Source of the DNA: Camelus dromedarius
Taxonomy: Eukaryota
Direction: 5' to 3'
Assembly: GCF_036321535.1 (NCBI RefSeq)
Contig: NC_087437.1
Coordinates: 75,208,001-75,272,000 of the forward strand
Length of the DNA: 64,000 nt
Shown: piece after piece, positions 30,001 through 44,200 of the stretch
How the letters are laid out: the number at the start of each line of letters is the position of its first letter
Numbering within the stretch: the stretch's first letter is position 1
The notes under the pieces: generated by a model
What the model was told of the DNA's origin: nothing
Seen by the model: the letters and a program-made list of their open reading frames with translations, nothing else
The model's database searches: none
Position numbers and translations under genes: made by a program

Positions 30001-33000
30001 GCTTGATCTCCAGAATATATAAGCAGCTCATACGACTCAATAAGAAAAAAATAAACAACCCAATCCAAAAATGGGCAGAAGACCTAAACAAGCAATTCTC
30101 CAAGGAAGACATACAAATGATCAAAAAGCACATGAAAAAATGCTCAATATCACTAATTATCAGAGAAATGCAAATCAAAACTACAATGAGGTATCACCTC
30201 ACACCAGTCAGAATGGCCGTCATTCAAAAATCCACAAATGACAAATGCTGGAGAGGCTGTGAAGAAAGGGGAACCCTCGTACTCTGCTGGTGGGAATGCA
30301 GTCTGGTGCAGCCACTATGGAAAACAGTGTGGAGATTCCTCAAAAGACTAGGAATAGACTTACCATATGACCCAAGAATCCCACTCCTGGGCTTGTATCC
30401 AGAAGGAAATCTACTTCAGGATGACACCTGCACCCCAATGTTCATAGCAGCACTATTTACAATAGCCAAAACATGGAAACAGCCTAAATGTCCATCAACA
30501 GGTGACTGGATAAAGAAGATGTGATATATTTATACAATGGAATACTACTCAGCCATAAAAACTGACAACATAATGCCATTTGCAGCAACATGGATGCTCC
30601 TGGAGAATGTCATTCTAAGTGAAGTAAGCCAGAAAGAGAAAGAAAAATACCATATGAGATCGCTCATATGTGGAATCTAAAAAACAAAAACAAAAACAAA
30701 CAAACAAAAACAAAGCGTAAATACAGGACAGAAATAGACTCACAGACAGAGAATACAGACTTGTGGTTACCGGGGGGTGGAGGGTGGGAAGGGATAGCCG
30801 GGGATTTCAAAATTGTAGAATAGATAAACAAGATTACAGTGTATATAGCACAGGGAAATATACACAAAATGTTATGATAACTCACAGAGAAAAAAATGTG
30901 ACAATGAGTGTGTATATGTCCATGAATAACTGAAAAATTGTGCTGAACACTGGAATTTGACACATTGTAAAATGATTATAAATCAATAAAAAAAGTTAAA
31001 AAAAAAATGAATGATGCTACAAATGGCTAAGGATCTACATGTGGGAAGTGAACAGGTAGTCCATATAGGTTCCCCTGCACAATTTTACTAAATATGTAAT
31101 ACCCAATACTCCCAAACTCAGCATTTGGACACTTTCAATGCATTATAAGCTCATTTGTACCTTAAACACCTATTCCAAGTGGTAATATTAATAACTACAA
31201 CCAATAATTATTATTAAGAATAGCATTTTTGTGTCCTGGTCTTTATGTTAATCACCTGCAATGTCCTTATGAGGTGGGTACTATTATTAGTTCCAAAGAT
31301 AAGGAAGCTTAGCAACATTAAGTTTCCTAGAGTCATATACTAGGTAAGTGGTAGAAAATGTATTGAGCCCAAGTCTGTTAGACTCCAAAGCCTATGTTCC
31401 TAATGCCTATACTATACTGCCTTTTACTGATATGGCCTGTTAAGTTGGATATTTAATATGTTCAAGAATATTAAAGAAATTACCTATAGAATCAGTGAAG
31501 AAGAAAAGAATTAGGAGAGCACAATGTCGTAATCCCTGGTATACTGTGCAAACTTTATTCCCATTGCATAATGCTGAAAGTTGACAGGCAAGATCTACCC
31601 GTTAATTAAAACCCTTACCTCTTCTGGGCACATCGAAGCAAACCACGTCCAAAATAAACTAAAGACATAAAATTTTCACAAATTTCATTTTCTTGGATCA
31701 CCATCTTCATCACCAGAAATTTATTCTCAGCTTCTATATAATCCTGTAGTAATATAAAACTAGGTTTGGCTGATGTAAAAGGCATTTTTTTTCTTTTACA
31801 ATAAACAATTATTCCCCAAACTGGAGGTTAGAGCAGCTTTAATATTGACCCAGTCATTTGGTTATTTATTCACATCTCTAATCTTAGCATCTCTGTATAT
31901 GATCACATAGATAATGTACTCAGTGCTTAAAATACTTATTACAAAAGAACTTAAGATCTTTAACCAATGTTTCAAAGTGAACATTAAAACAATAACATTT
32001 TTTATATCAAAAACTGACAAATATTACTAGCCAAAATAAGGGCTTTTCTTATGACTATGGAACATAATTCTTTATAATTCTTCCTAATTTTTCTTTTTGA
32101 TTAAAGCACAAATCTTCCTAATTTTTCAAGTGGGAAATAAGTGACTTTTCAAACACACAGTCTCTTTTGGGGAAGGACTATCTTGTTTATAGCAATATAG
32201 CTAAGACGTAAAGGTCAGAATCAGTTCTAATAATAGCTTCAGTTATCATTATTAAAACAGGCATCTGAATCACTTTGCTGAAATACAACATTGTATATCA
32301 ACTGTACATCAATAAAAAGTTGTTTATTTTGGAAAAAAAAAAAAACAGGCATAATAGTCTTGGTCTCCCTGGGGCAAAATGCTGCATGGCCTCATTTTAA
32401 AATACTCTCTAGCATATCACACAAAACAATACTTAGCATTATGTGAAATTATTTAAAATGGAAATGTTTTCAGTTTGGTGCTTATAAATTCTACTTCATA
32501 TAATTAACAAGTCAGATTTATATACTTAATTTATGAAATGAAGTAGAGTATAAATTTAGAAATATAAAAAGTAAAAGAGATATCAAGGCTGCAACTGAGA
32601 AATTAAAAATAAGAAAAAGAGAATGTTAAATTTGTAAGGACCCTTAGAAATCACCTAGTTATCTCCCAGATTTTTACTTTTTGCACTTCACTTTATTAGA
32701 CAAAGAATTTGAGGTAAAACTTATATTTTACAAAAATGTAAGATAAAGACCAGAGAGATTAAATTACACTAGAAAATGTGTTAAAACATACTGTATAAGT
32801 GAAAGAAGCTAAACAATTTTCTGTTTTACATAAATGGTAAGTATTTCAAAGATAAATAAAATAACAAAAGTTATAAGCTAACATTGTTTCCTCTATCAGT
32901 ATTTTTAGTTTCACAATATAGTCCCAGGAATAATTACTCTACATTCAAATATATGATAGAAAGGTCACTGAATGGTTTCAGTTTTTAGAGAATTTCAAAA

Positions 33001-36000
33001 ATCAATGTTTTAATTTGTTAAAATGAAGTCAGTGTATGTGAAGAGATTTATAATGGGCAAATAAAAGATTCTACATACCTCTTTCTTTCCTCTTTCAGTG
33101 AGTGCTACTCCATACAAAAACAGTAATGTCAAATAATAACCAATATTAATCTGATGTGCCTAAAAAGACAAAATACATTTTAGTTGATTATTTAGACTAA
33201 GCTATTTTTCAGTATAGCAAGCTTAATTAAATATCCTAGGCCTATTTAGTAACTATTAAAAATAGTTAAAGTTATTACTATATTATCAACCATCTAGTAA
33301 TCACTATATAGAATGCATTTTAGATGTATTTAATAATTTGTCCTACAAGAAAGGTAGTCAATAATCTTGAAACAAAACATTCGAGTTTGATCAAAGAAAA
33401 TGAAAGCAAATGCCATCAAGATTTGTTATACTAAATCTTTCCAAAAAATTCTAATTCTCTCTTTCCTGCACTCTTTTTCTTTCTCTCTCTCATTATATTT
33501 TAGGTATAAGAACAACAAACACCCAAGTATCTACCATTTAGCTTAAAAAATAAAATAATCTCTTAAGTCAAAGTCTTTTATTGTCCATGTGTGGGTTTTG
33601 TTACAACACTATAGATATAAAGTTTATCACTTATTTAGTGAAAAATTAAAACATGAATATTTCCTTCATTTAAAAACGGTCTATGTTAAATTAAAGATGG
33701 AGAACAGATCAGGGATTAGGGAGGATAAAGGGTACGTGTGACTATAAAAGATTAGCATAAGAGATTTCTGTGGTGATGAAATAGTTCTTTTATTCTGATT
33801 GCAGTAATGGTTACAAAAATACACACTTGTGATAAAACAGCATAGAACTATACATACCTGTGCATAAAAAATTTATCCTAGCTGGGAATGCTATCCTTAG
33901 AAAGACCTGCTTACAAGGCTAACCCTTGGATGGTGTCTGGAAATCTGCATCTCAAGAGTATTCCCACTGTTCTCTAACTGACAGGGGTGGCTCACTGTGC
34001 CTAGACTGCGCCCACTATGACATTTAAGCTGAACATCTGGGAGTTTCTTCTCAGAGTCTGGAATTTTGACACATGCTAGGCAGAGGGTGCCTACATGATC
34101 AACCTCCAATAAAAATCTTGAGCACTGATTCTCTAATGGACTTCCCTGGGCAGAAATCACACACAGACTGCTGCATTTTTGTTGTGGAGGGGTGATGAAG
34201 AGATGTACTCTGTGTGACCTCTCATAAAAGGGAGAAAACATAAGAAACCTGAAGATGAATTCCTCTAGACTGCCTATGTTTTAACCCTTATGGTCTGGGT
34301 ATGTATTTTTACTATATCACTTTAATAAATTTCAGCATGAGTACAGCATTACACCAAATCCCATGAGTGCTTCTGAACACAGGGGCCTTAGAGACCCCTG
34401 ACACAACACCCATGTACCAGTGTCAACTTCCTGTCTTGATAATATTTTGTTGTTCTATAAGATGTAACTATTGGAGGAAACTGAAGGGTACACCAGGACC
34501 TCCTTGTACTTTTGTATTTTACAGCTGTATTTTTGCAACTTCTGTGCATCTAAAATTATCTCAAAATAAAAAATTAAATAAATTTTCTACAGAGAAAAGC
34601 ATTATTCATTCTGCTCATAAGCTCTGTATTGACTAAAGAGAATAACCATATCTTTTGCCACATTAACTTTTTTCACTGCTAAAACATACTAAAACAGGAT
34701 TCTTTTTTTTTCAGGTACATAAGGATGATAAACATCTAAAGAATATAAGCTTTTCTTTTATACTGATCTAACTGTATTCTCTCATCTAGCACACTTCTTA
34801 CAGCCAACAGTATATATTTATAACTGGCTGAGGTTAAGAGTTTGGCTTCAAACTGAGTGGAAATAAGACATATGTGCTTGTTCTCAATGGACTGAGTTTA
34901 TATACACAAACTCCCCTGTAACATCTAATTTGTTTCCATCTTCAAATTCCTATCTCTGCAGAAGCTCTGAAGCCAAGACTACATGGGTTTGTATCTTAAC
35001 TTCACTACTTAGTACTTGATAAATTAAGCAAATTATTTAACCTCCATGCCTGTTTCTAACCTGTAAAATGGGAATAATGAGGTAGGGTACTTGTGAAGAG
35101 TAAATCCTTACAAAGTGCTTAGAATAGTGTCTGTTATATAGCAAACACTAAATAAGTATGAGCTATTATTTTTTAACTTTTAAAAAACTAGCTTCATGAA
35201 TAATAAAACAAAGCATGTAGTTCATACAGTTCTAAACAAAAAGAGCATTTGAGAACAATATAAAGTAGTAACAGTAGTAACTCTATAATTAGAAACAGAA
35301 GGTTAAGAATTTAAAGATGCAAGTGGTACATTTCTAACCTAAATGCCCTGCCCTTTCCTCCCTACCCTGCCCCCACTGACAGAGATTATTTCAGGTAGCA
35401 AATGGAAACAGAGATGTTACCAGCAGCTGTCCCCTACCCCCACCCTACTGCCACTTCCTACAAGGTTGCCTCAACTCTCCTTGGTGGCCCCGAGGAACAG
35501 GGAGAGCCGAGGAACAGGGAGAGCCGTTTGGATACAGCAGCAGGCTGCTCTGATCATGACAGTTCCAATTCTGCTCATGAGTGCCATCAAGAGAAGAAAC
35601 ATTTTCATTCTTAGTGTAAGACTCATTTCTAAAGTAACATTCAGGTAAAGAAGTCTAAGCAACCAGCATCTATTGATGCTGATTTTATAATGATTTATTT
35701 CACTGCTTAGCAACCTGGTCAATGGGAGAAACAGCAGGTCTGCAGCATCCCAGAAGTTCTTGGGATTACATGCTGCTGCAAACTCCCTTTTCTTTGTTCT
35801 CTCTTTGACTCCATCTAGAATCCCTTTATGGTGGAAATATATCGCCTCTTAGAACCTGTCCTGAGAGTCCTAAACAAGGAAGACTTTTTCATCTCTTTGT
35901 ACACAATTATAATATAGTATGTTGTGTCTTAGGCTACTTTGTTTGATGCCTGGGTAGTTCTTTCTTGGAGATAACTCTAATACATCTCTTACATGTGTGT

Positions 36001-39000
36001 AAAACTTCATTTACTGAATTAATTATTCAAAGACCTGATCTTTCCTTTTATGTCCTATACTATTGGCCTTGATTTCTGATGCAATGTTTACTTTTCCTCA
36101 GATTTGTCTATTTATTTCTAAAGTATCATTTGACCTTGAACATATAAATATGTCTCATCAATTTTATCTCATATAATTACTCAATAAAAGACGGTAGAAA
36201 TTCCAATTTTTACAAGAACAGAAATACCAGTAGAAAGAGGAGATGATTAATCATTAAGGGGAAAGGAAGGAGTAGTTTTTGAAGTTCACGACTCTCCATT
36301 TCTAATTGGGAAAGCTTATTTTTACTAGTTCAAGTTTCTTTTTATTTAAGATGAACAATTTTATGGTAGGAAGGAAACTAGAATAGGCTTATTAAAGAGA
36401 TGCAGTCATAAGAAAGTACAAGACACAGAAAAGAAGTTAATTTATCTGTACCTTTCTCTAGAGGTAAATGAGGAAAATATAAATTGGCCTACACCTTAAA
36501 ATAAGCATTCATTAGCAGTTCTCTCATTGAAGAATGTTGTCCAAGTCCATTATTTCAAACTTTCAAAATTAAAACACTTACAGTATAATTAGTAGCTTGA
36601 ATGTTCCTAAGTGCTGCTTCCAGTTGTGTTATTAAGAAACGTAACGTCAAAGCAGGAACAATTTCCTCCCCATTCTGGCTGTTAGCTGCAACTTCTCTCT
36701 ATGGAAAATAATTGAATTGAAAATTTCCTTAACTCAGAACAAACACCCACATATATTTTTATAATACAAATAATACATGCTCATTGTAGAAAATTTGGAG
36801 AATAGAGATAAAGATGGTTTAAAAAAATCCATATGACCTAGATAAAACTGTTCTCATATGGATTTGTTTCTAAGTAGTTTGACAAATCTTCTTAGTAACT
36901 ATTTCCTCAAAACACTAAAAAGCATCCCTATGCCTGCCAAGGGCTTGGCAACATCTACTCCTACTCAGAGGAAAGTCATAATTCCACTTCATTCTCATAC
37001 CTTCTATTCCCTAACAGCTAAAATCTTCCTTCCAGACCTGAACCTTCAGTAAAAAGGAATGCTGGCAGTAAAAATACTAACATCAGGGCAAACCATCTTA
37101 TGCTGTCATCCAATTGGAACAAAGCTAATATATGATTTATTATATACCATAGTTTGTTATTTACATGGATGAAATGAAAGGAAGAACTATATCTTATCTT
37201 TGTGTCCATTCTCCAATCCTGTGTACCCGTAAGTGCTTGGCTTAAATTACATTATGTGTTTAATGATGTATTATCTATGTGGGAAGTTTAATCTACACTT
37301 TTCATAACTTGTTTTCCAGTATATAATACTTTCCTGTTTTTTCTCCTAGCCTAACCATACACTTTACTTCAGTCTCTCTAACACTCAATTTAATGAACCT
37401 CTTCTCCCTCAATACATATTCCCTAAATAAAGTAATCCACTGTCACCTTTTTAAATACATCTACAAACAATATTTAAAAATTTGACATTCTCCAAATTTA
37501 TATTTCAAGCTCAGAACTATCACCTAAATTCCAGACTCACAGATCTAAGTATTTACTCAACAATATCTCTTGAATTTAAATAAGTATATAAAACATAACA
37601 CTGAAGTTCCACCTTTGCCAAACAGTTTAGGTAATTTCAGAACAATTCTCTCAATGAGAACTAAAAAAGCTGGATAAAATATAAAAAACATTTGTTTTGA
37701 AAGCAATGCAAAGCTACCAAGGCACTGAAAATCTCTGGGGCCAACTTGCAAGAGAGGAGGAAGGCCCGGAGACATGAGACTGAATTTTGGAGCCACTTTT
37801 CTCCCTAAGCAATTGCTGTATTCTGTTGTGGCTGAGATGCCAGGCAGGGCTTTCAGCAAGCATGCAGAGTTCAGGGGAAAATTGGAGTGTGTGACCTGAC
37901 AAGGAAGAGGGGCCCTGGCAAATACCTTATTCTTTTGGTTTGGACCCTGAAGAAATTTACCCTTAGAGTAAAAATGTCTGTTTTGGTTCCAGTTGGAAGC
38001 AGATCCTGATACAAGGATTTGAATGTAAGTAGTAGAGATGCAGAGAATAATGGTAGGGGAGTGGAGAAATGAATCAGGGAAGAGAAAGCAGCTTTAAGTT
38101 AATAGGTACGGTATTAAGCTAGTTACCCACAGCGGGTGACTAGGATTAATACAATAGGAAAACACGGAAAAATTTAAGCCTCAGTATTATCCAACTCAAG
38201 GGGAAAGAGAAATGGGATATTATAACTCCCAAGGCTTATTGATTGAGTGCTTTCTGAGGTAAGGGGGGGTGGTGGTGGCAGTGTTAATTCCTTAGAACCT
38301 ATGAACTGCCATGAGAAGTACAGCCTTCTGTAGTTCCAGAAAAAAAAAAAAAAAAAAAAGGCCTGAGGCATAGAAATGGAGATATTGAAAATTGTCCAGA
38401 GTATACTGAAATGATAGCATACAAGGGGCCATCGGGTATGGGCAGGGCACTAATAGTATCTGCTACAAAAGGTCAATCATAAATAGACTCTTCTTCACAA
38501 AACAGAAGTAAAGCTTGGAATCATTTCAATCACTAGCAGAATTAAGTGATATGCCAGAAAAGCACAAATATGCATTAATAAGAAAGATTCTGTCCTGTTT
38601 TTCTAGTTCTTCTCAAAGGAAGGTTGCTCTAAACCAACCTAGGCAGCCACAGCAAGTAGCAGAATTCTGTATTACCCTTTAGATGACTATGGATTTTAAA
38701 AAACTTTATTGAGATATAATTAACCTATAATATATTTTTGGTGTACAACATAGTGATTTGATATTTTTCTTATGACATCATTATGAAATAATCATTGCAA
38801 TAAGACCAGTTACTATCCATCACCATACAAACTTGTTACAATATTGATTATATTCCCTTTGTGTACATTACATCCCCTTGACTTACTTATCTTATAGCTA
38901 TAAGTCTGTACCTCTTAATCCCCTTCAGACAAAACAGATGGCTATGGAAATTGTATTGATGTTTTCACATTCATTCATGATTTTGGTTATTTTTACCCTC

Positions 39001-41206
39001 TGTTTTTTTTGAACATTCTTATCAAGCATTCATCAATTTTAATGGTCTTTTCAAAAAAAGGCAAGTTTTGGTTTTACTGACCTCTTCCATTTTGTTTTAT
39101 TCTATTTCATTAGGTTTTGCTATCTTTATTACTTCTTTTTTTCTACTCTACTTTTAACTTGCTGTTCTTCATTTAACTTCTTGAATTTTATGTTTGGATA
39201 ACTGCTTCTTTTTCTACTATATGCATTCCAAGCTATAAATAATCCTTGCAGCACAGCTTTTATCTAATAACACAAATTTTCACATATATTTCTCATTCAG
39301 TTCCAAAATTCATCTAATGTCTAGTGTGCTTTCTTCTTTGACACCTGGGTTAACTATATATATCTTAACTTAGAAACAATGGTTTTCTAGTTTATCTATT
39401 TGTAACTGATTTCTAAATTAATTGTACAGTAGTTAGAAAACATACTCTACATCTTTTAATTCTTTAAAATCTGGTAAGACTTGCTTTGTGAACTAGTATA
39501 TGGTCAATTTTTATAAATGTTCTATGTGCACTTAAAAAGAATATATACTTTGCCATTGTTGACTGCAGTGTTACACATATTAGTCAGATCAAGTTTGGTA
39601 TAGCTCTACCAATTTTGTGTTCATGTTCTATCAGTTCTTTAAGAGAGCAATGTTAAAATCTCCCATTGGAATTGCTGATTTGTCATTTCCCCTTCAGTAT
39701 TACCAATTTGTTATCTTATATGTAAAAGTTCTGTATGTATTTGGGTCTACCTCTGGAATTTCTCTTCTATTTTCTAGACTTGCCTGTAGAGTCAAGAGCA
39801 AATGACACAATCTTTTAGTTATTAGAGCTTCATAGTAAGTTTTAATATCAAAGTGGGCAAATTTCTAGCCACTCTTTCCATATTCTTCTGTATTTTCTTT
39901 GCTATTATTCCTTTAATATCCCATTTGAACTTTAAAATTAGCTTTTAGTAACAATAACAAAAAAATCCTTCTGTTATTTTTATTGTTCAGTATGTAATAT
40001 CTGTAAATATCAATTTCAGGAAAATTGACATCTTTCTCAGATTGTGTCTTCCTACATGTATTGCTTGCCATTCAGGTCTTCATATCTTATCTTTAATAGA
40101 GTTTTAGAGATTTTTATTTATTGTTTTAATATAGTGTATTGATTTCTAAACTTACCGTGAAGAAAATTAGGGTGTAGAGTATTCGGTAAAGACCTACCCC
40201 TAGAGATTTTGACTCTTTAGAACTAGTATGGGGTCAGATGGGTTCATGTAAGTGGCTTTGGAAAAACTTTGAGAAACATTTGTTTATATCTTATATATTT
40301 CTTAAGTGTTTCCCTGGGTATTTTATCTTTTTTGTTGCCATAATAAATAAAATACTTTTAGTACATTTTTACCTTCTAATTTGCTACTGTGTATGTGTAT
40401 ACACACACACACATATGTATTTATACATATATAAAAAACTGATTTCTATTTCTTGTTGTTGTTTCTCAGGGATTTCCAAAAAAGAAGGAAACAGTGGCAT
40501 TATTCCATCAATTTCAAACCAGAATTCATATTGTGATAAATTCACTTCAGTTGAGGTTATAATTGTATATTAAGTCTTTGATATTTTCAGGTTTTTTTGA
40601 ATTTTTAATCATAATAATATTAATTTGTTTCATAGAAACAATTAATGATATATTATTTCACAGAAAAGGCAAATGTGGCCTTTTCAAGATATCTAAGGTG
40701 TTCTGCTCCCTCCTCCTAATTAATTGTCACAAAGAAAAGGGTAGATCATTTTCTTTAACTTTGGGAAATTACATTAATTTATAAACTGATACCCATCTTG
40801 TGCTGAGTTTCACAAATTATTACCTAGTAAAACTATTTGTGGAGCAAATCTATAATGCATTCTCTAGAATATTTATCTCATTTAAAATCTAAAAGTCTTA
40901 CTATTTTTCTTTATATCTTATATTTTTGAAAAATCTGTCAACATTTTACAAATTAGGAAAACTGAAAGCAGTCTGCTCTCCCAGGGGCACATTGTGGGCT
41001 ATGAATTAGAACAAACACTAAACCTTACAGTCAACAGCTTATAAACTACTAACCCACATTTCTACCATTATTCTTGAAAGGCTAGCAACAACTTTATTTG
41101 CTTAATTAATAAAAGTCTATAGTCAAAGCTGAAACCAAAACCCTTCAATAGATGTAAGATGGAGATTTCAAGACCTTAGTGACATTGTTATGAAAAGAAA
41201 GAAAGA

Positions 41207-41242
<36 letters not shown>

Positions 41243-44200
41243 GGAAGAAGGGGAGGGGGCAGGAGTGAAGGAGTTGAGGAGGAAAGGGAAAGAAATGGAG
41301 AGAAGGGAAGGAAGGAAAAGAAAAGAAAAAGGACTCATCGTAAAATAATAAGAAATACGTATATGGACCTGTCCCTAGTTCCTGCCAATATTTGGTCTTT
41401 GACTCTGGTTCCTGACACAGAGCTCCTAAAACCCTTGGGATTTCCTGGATAACAGGAGTGTTTTTTGTTCTAATGAGGTGACTCTTTTGGCTTCTGTTTA
41501 GGGGTTGATCACCGAAAGACCAAGGCATGATTAGAAGCTTGGAACTTTCAGCCCCATGCCCAACAGAGGGGAGAGAAGCTGGAAATTGAATTAATAATTG
41601 ATCATGCTTACATGATGAAGTCTTGATAAAAATCCTAAAGGACTGGTTTTTGGAGAATTTCCAGTTTGGTGAGCACATGCACATGCCAGGAGAGTGGTGT
41701 ACCCCAACTCCACAAGGACAGAAGCTTTTGTACTCAGGACCCTTCTTTGCCCTATGCATCTCTTCATCTGACTGTTCAGCTGTATTCTTTATCATATCCT
41801 TCATCATGCAGTAAACATAAATATTAAGTGTTCCCTTAAGTTCTGTGAGCTGTTCTAGTAAATTATTGAAACCAAGAGAGATTATGGGAACCTCAATTTA
41901 TAGCTAGTCAGTCAGAAGTACTGGGACAACCTGGACTGGTGACTGGCATCTGAAGTGCAAGCAGTCTTGTGGGACTGGGTCCTTAACTTGTGGGATCTGA
42001 TGTTAACTCTAGGTGGTAGTGTTGGAATTGAATTGACTTGTAGGACACCCAGTTAGTGTTGGAGAACTGATTGGCATGGAACTAAACCCACACATCTAGT
42101 GTCAGAAGTGCTATGGGTGTGGTAGCAGTGTGAGAGTAAAGGAACACAATGTGTTTTCCCTAGACAGTCATAGACAGAGGGTTGTACTTCTGTCCCAAAA
42201 AACAAATGATGATTGTACCTGCATAGTTTGGAAGGAAAAATCTTCTTGCAAGAACTTCTTGATGTGAGGAACCACTCCTTTTGGTAGAGTATTAATTGCA
42301 TTTAATAACTTCTTCACTTCAAATAGTAGGTTAACAGGAACAAGATCAGCAGATGTGTCCTTTTCCTGTTTGTCCTAGGAGACATTATTAAAAATTTACA
42401 CAATTATCCATATTCTTATTTACTCTAATATTAAAACTAGCCAAAGTATTTAAAAAAAAAAACAACAAAGCGCCTTTATACACTATATATAGATCACTAT
42501 GACAGACTACAGAAAGTCCCCAAAAGAATAAGACATTCTCTCTGCTCTCGAGGAGCTTACAACGTAGACAGAAAGTTAAGACCAAAAATCAAGAAGTTTT
42601 AATATAGGGAAGGCCATTATAAATGCATTTAAAAGTAATAAACAAAGTATAGTTTCAAAGATGGAAATAATTAAACCTTTCTTTGTATGGTGGTGGAATG
42701 TATGGTGATGGGATGGGAAACATGAATGATTTTAGCCTTAAAGGTGAGTTAAGCCATAAAAAATGGTTGCCCTTGAGAAATACACAGCATGTATTGAATT
42801 AGTCCGTTTAAAGCATAAAAAATGCTAAGCTTAAAATATTACATAGATTATTCTACAAAATAATATGAAAACTGTATCTAACAGTGCTTTTTATGTGACT
42901 AATGTTTCAGCTACTAAACACAGCAATTTGAAAATGAACAGAGTTGTAATACTTTAAATTACAAATAAAGCAGTATAATAAAATGAGTTATGCACACTCT
43001 CAATTCAGTCAGAATAAACAGTGATAATCTTGTGACTTCAGAAACTGATCCTTATAGACTTACAAAGCCATAGTTAATGGTTAACTGATAGCTATACAGT
43101 CAAGTCTTGCTGGATTTTCTATTTTCTATTAGTTATGAGGAACAATAAGTAATAGAAATGAATAAAGGGCATGAAATGGATGGTGGCTTTCCTTTAAACC
43201 TTAACAAGGTACCTATTCTCTTCTGAAACTTTGGGAACATGAATATGCTGCTAATGACCTCTGAATATCAGAACAGACAGATTCTTACTGCAGAGGCCAT
43301 ACAGAGTCATTGAAAATGCCCTCGTGGGGGGTGACTCCAACTGTAAGGCTTCTAACAGACCTGGAACTATCCAGAAAAGTGACTAGGAACCAATAAAATC
43401 CACTGCAGGACTATCTGTCTAATCTCCCCTTCTGAGTCTGAGTCTTAAATTGAGAGTCCTCCATTCCCAATAATACCTAATAAATACATCTTACATTTTG
43501 TAGTACTTAATTATATTTACATCCAAAAATGTAGAAAATGTTAACAGTTTGTTCAATCTCAGTAAAGGGTATCTAAGTATTCATTATATTATTCTTGCAA
43601 CTTTTCTGTAGGTTTGAAATTTTTCAGTAAGTTAAAAAAAAACTTCCCCCAAATAACCAAACCAACCCTTATAAAGAATGACCATTGTCAATAGTGCATA
43701 TATTTCAAACTAAAGGTCAATCTTGTAGTCAAAAGTCACTGAAGAATCCTTTAATAATAATTACCAAATTAATAATAATTACCAAATTGATCCACAAGCA
43801 AGATTACGGCATGAATAAAAATTTTTCTACAGGAAATATTATAAGCCTCATGCCTGTTAAATCTATCTTATTATAAGTACAATTTTAATTTTTTAAGTTA
43901 GTTGTCAAAATATTTGATGATGAATCCATTTTTGCAAAATAGATTTAGCATCTAAGCCAAATTCAAATCAAAGTTATCACCTCCTCTGCCTCTGTATTCC
44001 CAAATCTGTATCTAGAAATGTCCTTTCTGGATCTAATCCTCCTGGTCCAACTGTACATCCCCATGTACATTTGCACATCTTGTATTTCCTTTGCAATATT
44101 TTTTATGGTGATAACCTCATGCAGGTGAATACTATGGTTATTTTATATCCTTACATTTTCTTCTCCTAAGTTACTGGATAACTTTTATAAACTTTATTAA

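Larger units (their letters stand above)
23904..31002 (+). mobile_element. Full-length LINE-1 (~7.1 kb), antisense to DZIP3 in intron 7; young lineage-specific family, non-functional copy
   Basis: CpG-rich ~1.67 kb 5'UTR, ORF1, spacer, ORF2 (EN, RT YADD, C-terminal Cys region), 3'UTR with AATAAA and A tail; TSD AAAAATGAATGATG at 23890-23903 and 31003-31016. Confidence 0.97.

Noticed and set aside
25700..30963. Antisense ORFs across the L1 body
   Set aside because: Shadow frames of L1 ORF1, ORF2 and the 3'UTR
41145..41807. 220-aa minus-strand ORF
   Set aside because: Runs through an LTR and a microsatellite (LLACLLAC); spurious
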